Below, one piece after another: positions 23,501 to 47,480 of a stretch of 64,000 nucleotides of DNA. Where the stretch lies: assembly GCA_024704765.1 (NCBI GenBank), contig JAKMXF010000361.1, positions 62,001 to 126,000 on the forward strand, read 5' to 3'. The position numbers and the translations under genes were made by a program. Positions within the stretch are counted from its first letter, which is position 1. Every line of letters begins with the position of its first letter. The notes beneath the pieces are model-generated. The model had not been told where the DNA came from. It saw only the letters and a program-made list of their open reading frames with translations, and made no database searches. Source of the DNA: Oopsacas minuta. Taxonomy: Eukaryota > Animalia > Porifera.

Positions 23501-26397
23501 CTTATGAATAAGAATATCTATCAAGAGGTTGTCATCTATGCTATCTCCTCTCCTCAGCATATCGGAGGCTTGCTTTCCTAGCACGGCTCGAGGGGTGGGG
23601 ACCAGTTGAGACACGAACAAGTCTTGAGAAGGAGGTTCCTCCTGGCTAGGAATCTGTGCACCTATAGTCTGCTCTTCCTCTTTCTTAGCACTGACACGAG
23701 AAGACATATTCCTGGGAGATACAGCACCAGGTGATAATCCTTTAACCTGTTTTTGTTTCTTACCACTCATAGATTTAGGTTTTCCAGGTTTCTCTTTAAT
23801 TGATTGGGTTGCTATTTCTGAGGGGATTGGGATACATTCACACTTGACCTCCTCCATCTCATTGTTCTTGTGAGCTGTTATCGCTTCATGCACCAGTTTG
23901 ACTAAGTCAAGTACTACTATCCCAGTACGCTGAGCAATGTAAGTGAGGATTGTACTCTTACCAGAGAATGGGGGTCCTATTATACAGCCTGTGAATAGGA
24001 ATGTGGGGAGATCAGGAGGTGTGGGAGGAGGAGGAGGAGGGAAGGCTACAGAGTAGAGTCTAGAGATCATATGTTGTAGTATTAGATTAGAAGGAATGCT
24101 TATTAGAGACCCATCTTCAGTCTTGCTCCACTCTTCCCTCCAGTAGAGATAGGATAGGAAGTCCTGTTCATCTAGCAGAGACTTCTGCTCTATGTCCTGC
24201 TGGTCATCAGGAGGGACAGGGCAAGTAGCAGGATTAATTATAGGGGGGTAGTCCTCTTCCGTCTCGTTTTCAAAAGGAGAGTATCCAGCCAATACGAGTG
24301 CCTTCCAGCTCTTGAACACCTTAGAAGGGATCTGTTTATCTGTCATCTTGCGGTAGTCAGCTATCTTACAAGCTAAATCCGCGAAAAGTATCACTATTTC
24401 CTGGCAAGCTATCCTACTCTTTTCTGCATTTTTCTTCTCTTTCTGATGAAGCAGTTCTTTATGCAATTCCTGTTGCTGTTTTATCTATGAGACAGTATAC
24501 TATCTACTAATGATTATATATAATTATAATATGACTAAAGTTATGCTGTAATAATACACATTTGTATAGAAATCTTAAACAAATGTAAAACACACAAGCA
24601 TGTGCTAGCCAAAACTTTCCAAAAAGGTCACACATACGTTACGTCATGTAAATTCAGTTCAGCTCAGAACTGACATTTTGATATTTGTAGATAAGCATAA
24701 ATTAATCTTATTAGCTTCATATGGTACAGTAATTGAGAATACTTTTTCTGAATAAGAAGTAAACTAACCTGTTCAGCATACAATTCCTTCTCAGCAGAAG
24801 CTAGCTGAGCCTCTCTATCCAATGCCTCGCTAAACTCTCTCCTTCTCTCCTCCTCCAGCTGTTTCTGCTTATTAGCTCTATTCTCCCTGATAACCAGTTT
24901 GTTCTGCTTAATTTGTAACAGCTGAGTAGCTGCTCTCTGCTCCTGTTGACTCTGTCGCATCAATCTCTTAACAAGCAGCTCCTCCTTCTGCTCGTCAGCT
25001 CTACACTCCTCACGTCTCAGCTGTTCAGCTAATATGCGACGTCTACGGGCAGCCCGTTTCTGAGCCATTTCTCTCCTTTTATGTCCTCCTGTTTGCAGTC
25101 TAGCTACATATCTAATGAGTAACATTATAACAGCTGATCTATAAGTCAGCTATAAGGCTAGTCACCTATTATCTGGCTCAGCTAAACTACCAGTCTCTGA
25201 GGATGGAATGGAGGAGGTTAGAGAACACTCACTCTCTGTACTAGTCACAGGAGGCTGCAAGTCAGCTGTTTGAGAAGTTTGTGAGATAGGTGGGAGTTCT
25301 GTGGTATCGGGACGTATAGAATGAATCAGCTGTTGATTCTCAAAATCCTCCAACAATTCTGACACCTCTCTTGCCTCTCTGTGCTTGTTCTGTCTAACAG
25401 TCAGTGACCTATACAACATAGTTAAGTATATTCTCGTTGCTATGCAGTATAATCTATGAATTCACATACCTTAACCTCTTATTAGAGCCTCCAGTACCAG
25501 AGGAGGATGTTACAGGACCTAGGGAAGTCTTGAGAGGACTTAGTCTCATGCTCTTGTATAACTGGGCCTGTCTCTCTCTCTTCATTCTCCCCTCTGTCAG
25601 CTGTTCTGCTATTTTCTTCTGTCTCATCATAATCTCATCCTTCTCCAACTGAGCCTCCGTCTCTCTCAATCTCTTTTCTTGCAAACTACGCTTCTCCTCG
25701 TATCTATGCACCAGTGCTTCAAAATCTAAGTCAGACTGTCGTAGAGTCTGTTGTCTGAGTCTGTCTTTGTACCACGTACTCTCAGAGCTCTCTAGCTGTC
25801 CTCTACCTAACGTCTTACGACCCTAACACTTCAATAAACTCTATCCCTATTTCCCTATCATATATCATACAGTAGAGTTCGCCTATTAGCAAGTCGTATT
25901 GTGCACGAATTTCGCTTGCTAATACCTATGCAATCTTGCTACGTATTAGACTATTAGAGGGTTATTTCCACTATAAGTTCCTAAAAAAAATTCTTATTAG
26001 GTGAATACCGCTAATAGGCAAACACGACTGTATATCTTATACTAACCTGTACTAAACTCCTCTTCAGCTCACTACGAGAACTCCCCAGAGACACAAACAG
26101 TCTGTACAGCAACTGAACAGCAGCATGTCCCTTCTGATTGATAATATCACTCACTGCCTGAGGCTTCAGATGTATATCTAGCAGTCGTAAGCTATGCTCC
26201 AGTCTAATGAAGTTATTCAATTTAGCTTCAGAGGAGTGAGCCTTATGGAAACTGTTAAAATCCTCCTGCATTCCATATCTGAATAGAATCAGTCCGTATG
26301 GATACCCGTTACTGAGCTGAAATGACAAGTTATCGCTTTCTAGCTGGGTGTCTGGTTCTATATCTTTGTTTACCCAACGGCACAATATCTCTGCCAT
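20504..26397 (-). CDS. SPEF2: Sperm flagellar protein 2; exons 26397-26047, 25822-25470, 25408-25166, 25138-24769, 24484-20504
   Basis: N-terminal CH domain MAEILCRWVN...LSNGY...QEDF...SEAKLNNFIRLE; LMRQSQQEQR...EALDRE; AK-like GPPFSGKS and WIIDGFPKT. All five exons are GT-AG and phase-compatible. Confidence 0.92.
25870..25973. mobile_element. Short pogo/Tigger-type MITE in SPEF2 intron 1
   Basis: TA|cagtagagttcg ... ttccactata, degenerate TIRs of the same type as 2711 and 39074. Confidence 0.4.
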
Positions 26398-26548
26398 GAG
26401 TAGATAATATGATGTATAACTAAGGTAATTGAGCTAAAGTATTGAAAAGTTAAATCTGAGTCCTTACCGCTACGTATTATACCAGTTGGATACTAGAGCA
26501 GAAATAGAAATTTCAAAATATATTACTATGCAAAGGTAAATCCTAAAT

Positions 26549-29500
26549 CTATATGTTTGTATCTCGAATATTGGAACTAATTTTGTTTTTAAGAAATGAT
26601 CTTTGCGCCTCCTTTTCGAGCCGTGTGAGTTTATCAAGAGAGGGTCGTACTATATCTACATGTCCCTGGTAACATGAACCAGAAGTCTCCCTCTTAACTC
26701 CATATGCTACCTTTCCATCAAACTCATTCTCAGGTACATACAGATTGCTATCAATCTCAGGTATAGTCACACCTAAATGCTCCTCAATATCTCCGAGATA
26801 CTGCTCTTCATCATACCATATACAGCAACCTCCTTCATCCTTCAAATTAGTGTTATAACAATTCTTACCACGACTAACACATGTATGGTACCACACTTTT
26901 TCTGGTACCTTAGAGGCGAAAGAAATCGCGAGTCCCATCCTCTCTGCCCGTCCCACTCGTCCGATACGATGCACATAGTTCATTTTATCGTCTGGCATCA
27001 TGACATTGATTACGTAGGGGATTCCTTTCATGTCGATACCTCTAGCTGCTACATCTGTACAGATTAAGAACTTTACTTTGTTTGCTTTGAAGAGTTCAAG
27101 GTTCTTCTTACGTTCCTGCGGTCTCCTGTCGGCGTGTAGACACACACAGGTGAAGAGAGTTGGATTCTTTTCTATTTTAGTGCCCCGGTATCCTAGATAA
27201 CGCTCCATGTTGTCACAGTCTAGTTTAGTGCGACAGAATATAATGCCTTGATCCATTTTAAGATTCTTTATTGCTTTAACAACAAGATCACCTGTATATG
27301 ATACAGTACAGAAATATTATCGTGCTAATAATAATACAGCAAGGTTGGAACCGAATAGTTCAATAATTGGCTGGCTCCCGAATACCAGTATTCAGTGTTT
27401 GGTTAGCAAACAATTATATTTCATACTTGCCAACCCTCATGGGACCTGTGGATTATCCCTGGTTTTACAAGAAATCTATGGAAATATTCCAAAATCCAGG
27501 AAAAATAATTGGTAAGTATAACATTTGACCAAATATTTGATTGAAGTATTCGGTAGGAGCGGTTTCAACCTTGTAATACAATAAACTCTGGTTTTAACGA
27601 GATGTTAGAGACCCAGGTATCATTTCTTTGTATTCGGAGTAAAATCAACTTAGTTTCATATAATAGGGAGTAAAGAATCACTTGGTTATAACGGGAGTTC
27701 ACTGTAATTATACCTTTGATTAATTTGATTGCTTCAGATAATGCTTCCGCCGGTTGAGTGCCGCTTGGATTAGTATCGTCGTGAATATGCACTCCATCCG
27801 TCCTAATTGTATTCTTCATATTGTGCCAGCTGATGTCCTTTTTGGGATCCACTCTATACACCACGTGATGGACAGTTTCAGGTACAGAGTCCTGTCCCTT
27901 CAGGTCTACCCAAGTAGGGAAGTACATGAGACGCTGTGCTAGCTTCTTAACCTCGAAATTATGGAGTGTAGCAGAGCATACTATCATCTGCAGTCTCTGA
28001 CCGTCAGTGTGAATCTGTGGTTGAAATGTTATCATTGAAAATACTCAAAATAGTCATAAATTATATGCCAACTTGGACAGGAAGGGATGTCCAGCAATTT
28101 GGATTTGTGCGTGGATCCAATATCCCGCCGAAAATTGCAGAAAATAATACCGATTTTGTAGCCAGACAATAGAAATAGCCAGTCTAATGCTAATACTGTA
28201 TGCTAGGTCCCGACATTCTACAAATGTCTCGCTAAACTACTTTTGAGTGGGAAAGATGTCATATTTCCCACCCAGACGCAGGAGCCTAATTGCGGCTATA
28301 CTTCTCACTTTGTTCTTCACCTAAGTTGGCAATTATGTAATACAAAAGGATAGTAAATTGACAATATATATATACACATATAATACATGTATGTAGTGTA
28401 AATAATATTACCTTAGGAATGTTATTATTTATTTTGTCAATAACCTCTCCGTGTCCCTGGCTAAGCAGACCATCAGCTTCATCTAACACTAAGAACTTAA
28501 CTTGATCCAGACACAGTACACCACTAGAGATGAGATCTTCCAGTCTTCCAGGAGTACCACACACAATATCAACTCCCTGATTTAATTTCTCTACCTGCAT
28601 CTTAGCAGGGTCTCCTCCTACTATTGCTAGCTCCTTCACTTCAGGATGAGTCATGTGACGCTTGAATAACATTATCTGATCTATAGTCTGGTGTGCTAGC
28701 TCTCTGGAGGGCTCTAAGATAAGACAAATAGGGGACCGTTTGTTCTTCTTAGGGTTAGAGGATATCTGAGAGAACTCTGTGAATTTAGAAGAGACATGAT
28801 TACATTTACTGAGACCCTTATACCCTTCTGGTGGATCTGATAAGAACTGTTTGTCTCCAAAGTTAAAACTCAGTTCTGCATTCTTAATCGTACAAGCTGC
28901 GTATAAAGGAACTCCGATAATATCTTTGTCTATTCTGAAAGCAATCCCCAGATCTTTGCCATTCTTAGAATAACTAATCTCTTTACTATATAGATCTAGG
29001 TAGCAGCCTAACGTGTCATTCTTCCCGAACTTCTCTCCATAATCCTCAAACTGAGAATTATATGACTTCTTACCAGTACCCCCGAATCCGTACCCCATCT
29101 CATCTTTCCCCAGTTCCAATCTCCCGTTTAGTGTGGACCAACCAATACGACACAATCCCTCATCAGTAATTGTAGCTTCGAAGTAGTAGCGACCCTCTTC
29201 AACCACTCCCCAGGTGGATCTGCACCCCTGCCAGTTCCTGTCCCTAGACTGACATACGAGTCCGTCCCGTGAAATAGCGATCTTCTCTTCTCTGTCCCAG
29301 TAGTTTAACATGCATTTCTGTGGAGCATGTTGTGATTTACCCTCCAACTGGTTCAGTAGGGTTTCCTGTACAATTTGAAGAATAGGAAGACAGAAAGCTC
29401 CTGTTTTCCCACTTCCAGTTTCCGCGGCCATCAACACATCTCCACCTCCCAGTATAAGAGGAATAGCTTCAGCTTGTACGTCTGTTGGGAGTAGCCAGTC

Positions 29501-29563
29501 CATCTCCTCGATAGCCTGAACGATCTCTGGTATAACTCCGAATTGTGAAAATGCACTCATCAC
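26549..29563 (-). CDS. DDX1: ATP-dependent RNA helicase DDX1; exons 29563-28412, 28014-27714, 27291-26549
   Basis: [13 protein letters not shown] insertion ([18 protein letters not shown]), [29 protein letters not shown]. Phases are compatible. Confidence 0.96.
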
Positions 29564-29971
29564 TTCCTAACCTGCTATTATAATCATATAGTATAAAATC
29601 GATGAAGCGCATGCACCTCGTTGATTTTAATAGCTCACTATAATATACGAATTTTGTATAACTAATGAAGGGTGAAAATATAAGAGGTAGTAAATTAGAA
29701 AAGTTACTTGCGAACAGAACCATTTGGCCTTGGATTAGAATCTATTATAGTTAATAAAGAGACAGATCGGGGGTCTTAAAACAATAGTAAATAGGTTCCA
29801 AAAATTTTATTGAATTCTAAACACGATAAACAAATAGTAATACCTACAACGAATCTGAATTGTAAATATTAATTTCAAAATAGCATACCATAGAAAATAT
29901 ATTCTTATAAAATATCAAATAGAAATTTTACATCAATAAAACAGTTTCATTACTTTGTCCTGGAAAACAGA

Positions 29972-32900
29972 TTAAGATCGAGCTGCGTTAGTCAGGGCAA
30001 CATCTAGATCCTGAATGAGATCACTTACCTCCTCTAGACCTAATAATTAATTAACACATATTTACTAGTAATAATTATAAACACTCCACAAGGGGTGATA
30101 ATAGCAAAAACAGTCATATATATATATATATATACTCAGTTACTCACAAAATCAAGTTGATCAATTAGAGTACAGTAGAACCTCCCAAAGTGGGGTATCC
30201 GGGAAGTACTAACGAAATTCTGCAGCCCACTTTGGAAATACCTCATGCACCAATTCGGACATAATATATTTCAGCGGTTTTTCATACATTTCAATAAGTG
30301 CTTTTTTAGATTGCATTTGAATATTATGACTACCGAGCAAAACCCAATTGATTTTAAAGAGAAAGTGGAAATAGCGAAAGTTCTAACAAAAGCAATGACC
30401 CAGCAAGGTGTTGACAAGAAGTACAAGACCTAAAAGGCACTGTTTCCCGTATTAGTAAGGTAAGGAACGATGGGTAGCTATTAATTCTGAAACTCCTGAC
30501 AGAAGGGGTTGATACAGGAATTTATAGCTCGACACTTTTGGACAGTAACAAACTGATCCTGTACAAATTTGGGTCAACCCCACTTTGGGTTGCACCCTAC
30601 TTTTGTCATCTCACTTTCTGAATTTCCACTTAATATCTACCCCACTTTGGGAGTTTCAATTTAAAATTTTGTATACAACTATACACAAAATTCCTGCAGA
30701 GCACCCCCATTCCCACTTCTGACAAATTCTCCACTTTGGAAGGTTGGTTTAGCTGAGGTTTCCATGCACACCCCTTTATACACCCACACTTTGGGAGGTT
30801 GATTTAGCTGTGGTTGGCCATACACACCCCCACTTTTGAGATTCTACAGAACGTAGTTAACAATACAAACCTATTGACAATCTAACGAGATTGCCAGTAA
30901 TTCCTAACTTCAGCTTTACATCTACTGGAAAATATGCGTGAGTCGTAATACTAGGAATACATGCCACACTCTCACAACCTCCCAAACTAGATGCAGAAAG
31001 AATTACTTTCAAACTCTTCAGAAATATCTTAGCAGTATCGATTGTTCCTTTCAACCTAGAATATGATGTTTGTAGAATCTGTAGATTAGTAGCGGAATGT
31101 CACGCTGATAGCAAAATAAATAGAAATATTGTAGTATGTACAGTAGTGGAGCTTCTGAGGATAGTCTAGCATTGTGGATTGGTTAATTTGACCGATTGGC
31201 CAAACTTATTTACTTTTATCGGTTAAAGAATTAACATACAACAGCTTTGTATTCATGCAATGTCATAGATTGCTGATTTAATATTAATGGGAATTATAGG
31301 CTTTATAGCATAATTAGATACCGGTTTTTATGAATAAATATTATGAGTTATAACCAGTGGCGTCGTATTATATGTGCCTGGAGGGCCGGGACCCCCCAAA
31401 TATTATCCTAATTCCCACATCATTGCTCCAAGAGACCAGAAATGGCAACTTTCTGTGCTACTGTAATTGCAAATCAAACGTTATTTCTTGCGATGGGTTT
31501 CACTCCTGAACCTTTCTGATTGTTTAAAGCGCCCAGAGACTCTCATACAGAACTTGTTGCACAATAGATTGAATTTGTGCCCCTCAGATTTCAAAGCCAC
31601 ACGACGCCACTGGTTATAACCGATATAAATATGAACTAAACTACTATATCAGAACCGTTGACCAGAAGATTATTCTATACTATAATTATTCATTACTATT
31701 ACTATATCTGATGATCTTATCACTGCATTTTCTACGAATGACAAATTCGAGGTAAATGCTTAGGCAATTAAATCGCATACCTGAAAGTAACAATACCAGA
31801 AAATCCATAACACTGTTTCTTAGCCAGCTCGTGCTGGGGATGAGAAGGAAGACCAGGATACAATACTAAATCCACTTCTTTGTGAGATTCCAAGAAATTA
31901 GCAACAGCTAGTGCGTTACGTTGATGCTCACGCATCCTCAGGTGTAGTGTCTTTAGTCCTCTGATCATCAGGTAGCAGTCAAATGGAGTAGATACTGACC
32001 CTAAAGAAATGTTAGAATAAGCTTTACGCATGCATAATCACTAAAACTCGAAAAGGAAAGCATCCAATAAAGAAAAGGGTTTGTCTAACCAGCAACTTAG
32101 GTTGTTGACTGGTTTCTAACAACCTAGGAGGAGGACTTTGTATATAGTAAACTAGGAAAGACATATAATTCAATTATTCTTCTTTTTATATCTCAAATAG
32201 AGTTATTGTAATTGTATATGTCAATCAACATATATAATAGCGAAAGAATGTCCATATACGTGGATTCATAATAATGACCCTGACTTTGTGTTTTGTAGAT
32301 GATCCTATTGCGATTGGAAAAATATTTTCATTTATTTTCGTTCTAAACCACTTTTTGGTCAATTTTCGCTACCGAAATACAGCCTTGAAAATATATGCCT
32401 TTTATATCAAATTGACCTAGAGCTTCATCCAACGTGCTGCAGGCAAACAAGAAGAAAAGTTACTTACCATTGCCGACACTCTAGTCACAGAGGGATAGGT
32501 CTAAGCATCGCGATGCTTTCCTCGAGGTCTCACTGGTCTCACCTACAGGGCGTATGAATAGGTGAGACCAGTGAGGCCATGGCACGACTAAAATTTATAG
32601 TAGACTTCCCCGCTCCCAATATTTATGAATGATGATTAGAGTGTGTTTACTGTGCCTCATGGGGCACGGATACAATGGGTCAGATGGGTCATGAGTCACC
32701 AATGGTCCACTCTGTTCCACAAGCAAGCCAAATTTCAAGTTTGTAGTACTTATCAGTTATTTAATATATATTCGAAAAAATAATTTTAATATAACACACA
32801 AGTGCAATCACAACACTCAAATTGATCCATATAGGAGAATAATCATAAAACGAGAAAAGTCTTACCAACAGACATCTGTATAGACTTGAACTTGTCTGCT

Positions 32901-34789
32901 AGATCATGTCGGTTGGTTACGAGACAGCCCATCAATACATCAGAATGCCCACCCATATACTTGCTAAGAGATTGCATAGTGACGTCAGCTCCCAAACACA
33001 GAGGCTGCTGGAAGTAACTGGACATGAATGTGTTATCTACTACCACTACTGGGTTGCTAGGATAAGACTTAGCTATGCGAGCTAAAGCAGCTATGTCAAT
33101 TATCGTCAACATAGGATTAGTAGGACACTCCAACCAAACTAGGCTCGTCTCTGGCGTCAGGGCTATATAAGATCGTTAATCATTAAGAAATACAGGTGGC
33201 CAATTCTGTGTTCACGATGCCTGAAATGATACAACCAGTTTGTCAAGATTGTATATCAGGGTGATGCAGTTGGAGTCTAATCTCTATGTTATGATAATTT
33301 GAATTACACACAGTATTCCCCAAATATGACATATGAACATGGACAAAACATGTGAAATGATGAAAAATTATTTCTGCCCTCAGGCATACAAAAATAGCCA
33401 AAAACATAACCATGGCATAGACATCGCATATAGTTAATAGTGAGTATATACCATTAGGAGTTTAGTACATCTAGCAACATAAGAGTGTATCATAATTAAT
33501 ATTATCTCAGTGGTTACAGTGTGTATTTAATCCAAGTTGGTGGGATGAAATTCTCCTGACAAAATCACTTTTCAAATAGATTTATATAAATAACCTACTA
33601 ACCAGCTTTGAAGGTGTCGAGATTTGTAACATCCACGAACTCAACACAAATTTTGTAATCTTTTGCATATTGACAGAGATAGCTAAAATATTGATGAATG
33701 TACATATATATCAATCAGAATTAAATTAGATTGGTTGGAGTATAGGGGCGGATCCAGGGGGGATAGGGGGGATATACCCCCCACCAGACTTGTTACTTCA
33801 ATTATCCTGGAGATATATTTCTTGTATCCTGACCAATTGTTCAAAATCAATTAATTTGGTGCTTACATTTTTGAGTTATGAATAAAATAGATTGTGTTAA
33901 ACTGTTATTCGTGTATTCTTCCAAAACTGCCAACTTACTATTTATAAGAGGTTAAGAGTTTTTGCTTCCAGCACGACTATTATACCCTCCTACCAACATA
34001 TTCTGGATCCGCCCCTGGGTAGACAGATACGGGAGATGCTCGATACATTGAGTGAGAGATTAGTTACTCAGATATTGCTTACCACCCGTAATAATATCAC
34101 TGTAACACCACCTCTGAGGTAATACCTATAAGTCCCTCCATACACAGCATTCGTAGCAAGAACTCTGTCACCAGCATGAACAAGTGCACTAACTGCAGTA
34201 GAAGTAGCAGACATTCCAGAAGAGAACACATAAGCGTGATTAGCATTCTCTAGCATAGCCAGACAAGTCTCTAGAGAATCGCGAGTTGGATTCTTCATAC
34301 GTGTGTAAATGTATTCATCTTCATTGAATTCTACAAACAATAATACTTAAAATTATTAGTGAAGGGGGTGATACAATCATTATGAGCTATCATACTTGTA
34401 GATTTTCTATAAAATCAATATAACCTTTCATTTAATGAGAAATAGCCCAGAAAAATGGCCAGGGTCTACAAATAGGGGGATTGATGCATTTTTCTACAAG
34501 AATAGTGCAACGTTTACAAAACACCCTCTGTAGAGAAAAGTAGCACTAGCCTTGTAGAGAATTGTACTTCATACACATAAACCCAATACATATACAAGTA
34601 TTGACATGAATTGCTAAATCTCAATTCACCAGGATTATCTAACTTGAATATTGTAGAATTGATGATAGGTGGCATAATAGCCTTACTCTTCCACTGTTCA
34701 GGTTCATATCCAGCGTGAATAGCATTAGTACCAAAGTGCTTTATGTGTTCTGTTCCTTGAGTAGATTTATCTGGTAGCTTAGTAGACAT
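29972..34789 (-). CDS. CTH: Cystathionine gamma-lyase-like PLP enzyme, 404 aa; exons 34789-34630, 34330-34126, 33682-33603, 33162-32866, 32000-31781, 31055-30871, 30039-29972
   Basis: FGTNAIHAG, YTR..NPTR, VYGGT, ECPTNP, VVDNTF, SLSKYMGGHSD, YPGLPSHPQHE, SLGGCES, LVRLSIGLE. The seven GT-AG exons sum to 1215 nt in frame. Confidence 0.9.
30173..30849 (+). mobile_element. pogo/Tigger deletion derivative in CTH last intron
   Basis: TA|cagtagaacctcccaaagtggg ... cccacttttgagattctacag; internal cccactttgg repeats; remnant IDFKEKVEIAKVL resembles a CENP-B-type HTH start. Confidence 0.55.
31355..31612. mobile_element. hAT-type MITE, 258 bp
   Basis: TIR cagtggcgtcgt / acgacgccactg; exact 8-bp TSD gttataac on both sides. 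Confidence 0.9.
32526..32578. repeat. Perfect inverted repeat (16-bp stem, 15-nt loop) in CTH intron
   Basis: ctcactggtctcacct-acagggcgtatgaat-aggtgagaccagtgag. Confidence 0.8.
33743..34017. mobile_element. hAT-like MITE
   Basis: TIR aggggcggatccag / ctggatccgcccct. No clean TSD seen. Confidence 0.7.
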
Positions 34790-35561
34790 AGCGGCAGCGT
34801 GGATACGGATATAGGCGATAGGAATGTGACTAATATTATAATATAAGGTGATAAAGCCACGAAATTGCACCCTAAACACTAATATTAAAGTAATTTCTGT
34901 TAAATATTGACGCAGATGTTTAGTTAAAGTTTGAAGACAAGCGTACCTTGAAAATTGCAAATTAAAAAGTGTATCGCAGAGATTTATGCTTGCAATTAGA
35001 AAAAGGTTGAGAAACACACAATGACTTCTTAAGCTAAACTAAATATTGAATCAATTATATTATTATAATGATCAAATAGAGCTGGAGTTTGTTGAAAGGT
35101 TAAACTTCGACCAGTAAAAGAGGTTAACTAGCTAATCGCCGATATTGTATCTATTCAACAAATGAGGTCTTATTTTATTAAAATCAAAATTATATCCCTA
35201 TAGCTATTAGATATGCAACTGTGATGCGATTATATCTTTGACAAAAGGATTGAAATTTAGAATAAGAACCTAAATGTAATATCGCACAATACCTTTCTAG
35301 AAGAATCCTCCCCCTTACCAAACTATTAATTGAGATGGTAGGAGACAATTAAAATAACTGACTAGTACAGGTGAGTAGAATAATTTCATGAATAATTTGA
35401 TATAATAACAAAGCTAATGAAATTGCCTACCGTACTAAGAATAGAAAAGTCAAATAGCCTTGTGACCTGTAGCATTTATAGGTAGTTTGGTTCAATAGAA
35501 GGCTAATAAATACACAAAACACACTAAGCTATACAAATATCCACATCAGTTCATGTACAGA

Positions 35562-47201
<11,640 letters not shown>

Positions 47202-47480
47202 ACTTCCTAGTCTAACTTCTTATAATGTATAAACTATTATATCGCGTACAAATCTAAAATTAAAATAATCTTAAAGTGTATAATAGAGCTAGCATAGAGT
47301 CATTATTAAATATAAATAATATTAAAGAATTTAGTTAATGGAATTAAATATTGTAAGAAGTAATTAAACTGAAGATAAAATAAATATAAAATAAAAATAT
47401 ATTAAATAATTATTAAGTGTGTAAGATGAGTGCATTAGTAGAAAGCGTTTGTTATTCCATTGAATAAATAGTCAAATATT

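Noticed and set aside
30173-30849. Repeated cccactttgg units that might resemble a CRISPR array
   Set aside because: Irregular spacing, within a eukaryotic intron, bounded by Tigger-like TIRs, and no cas genes.
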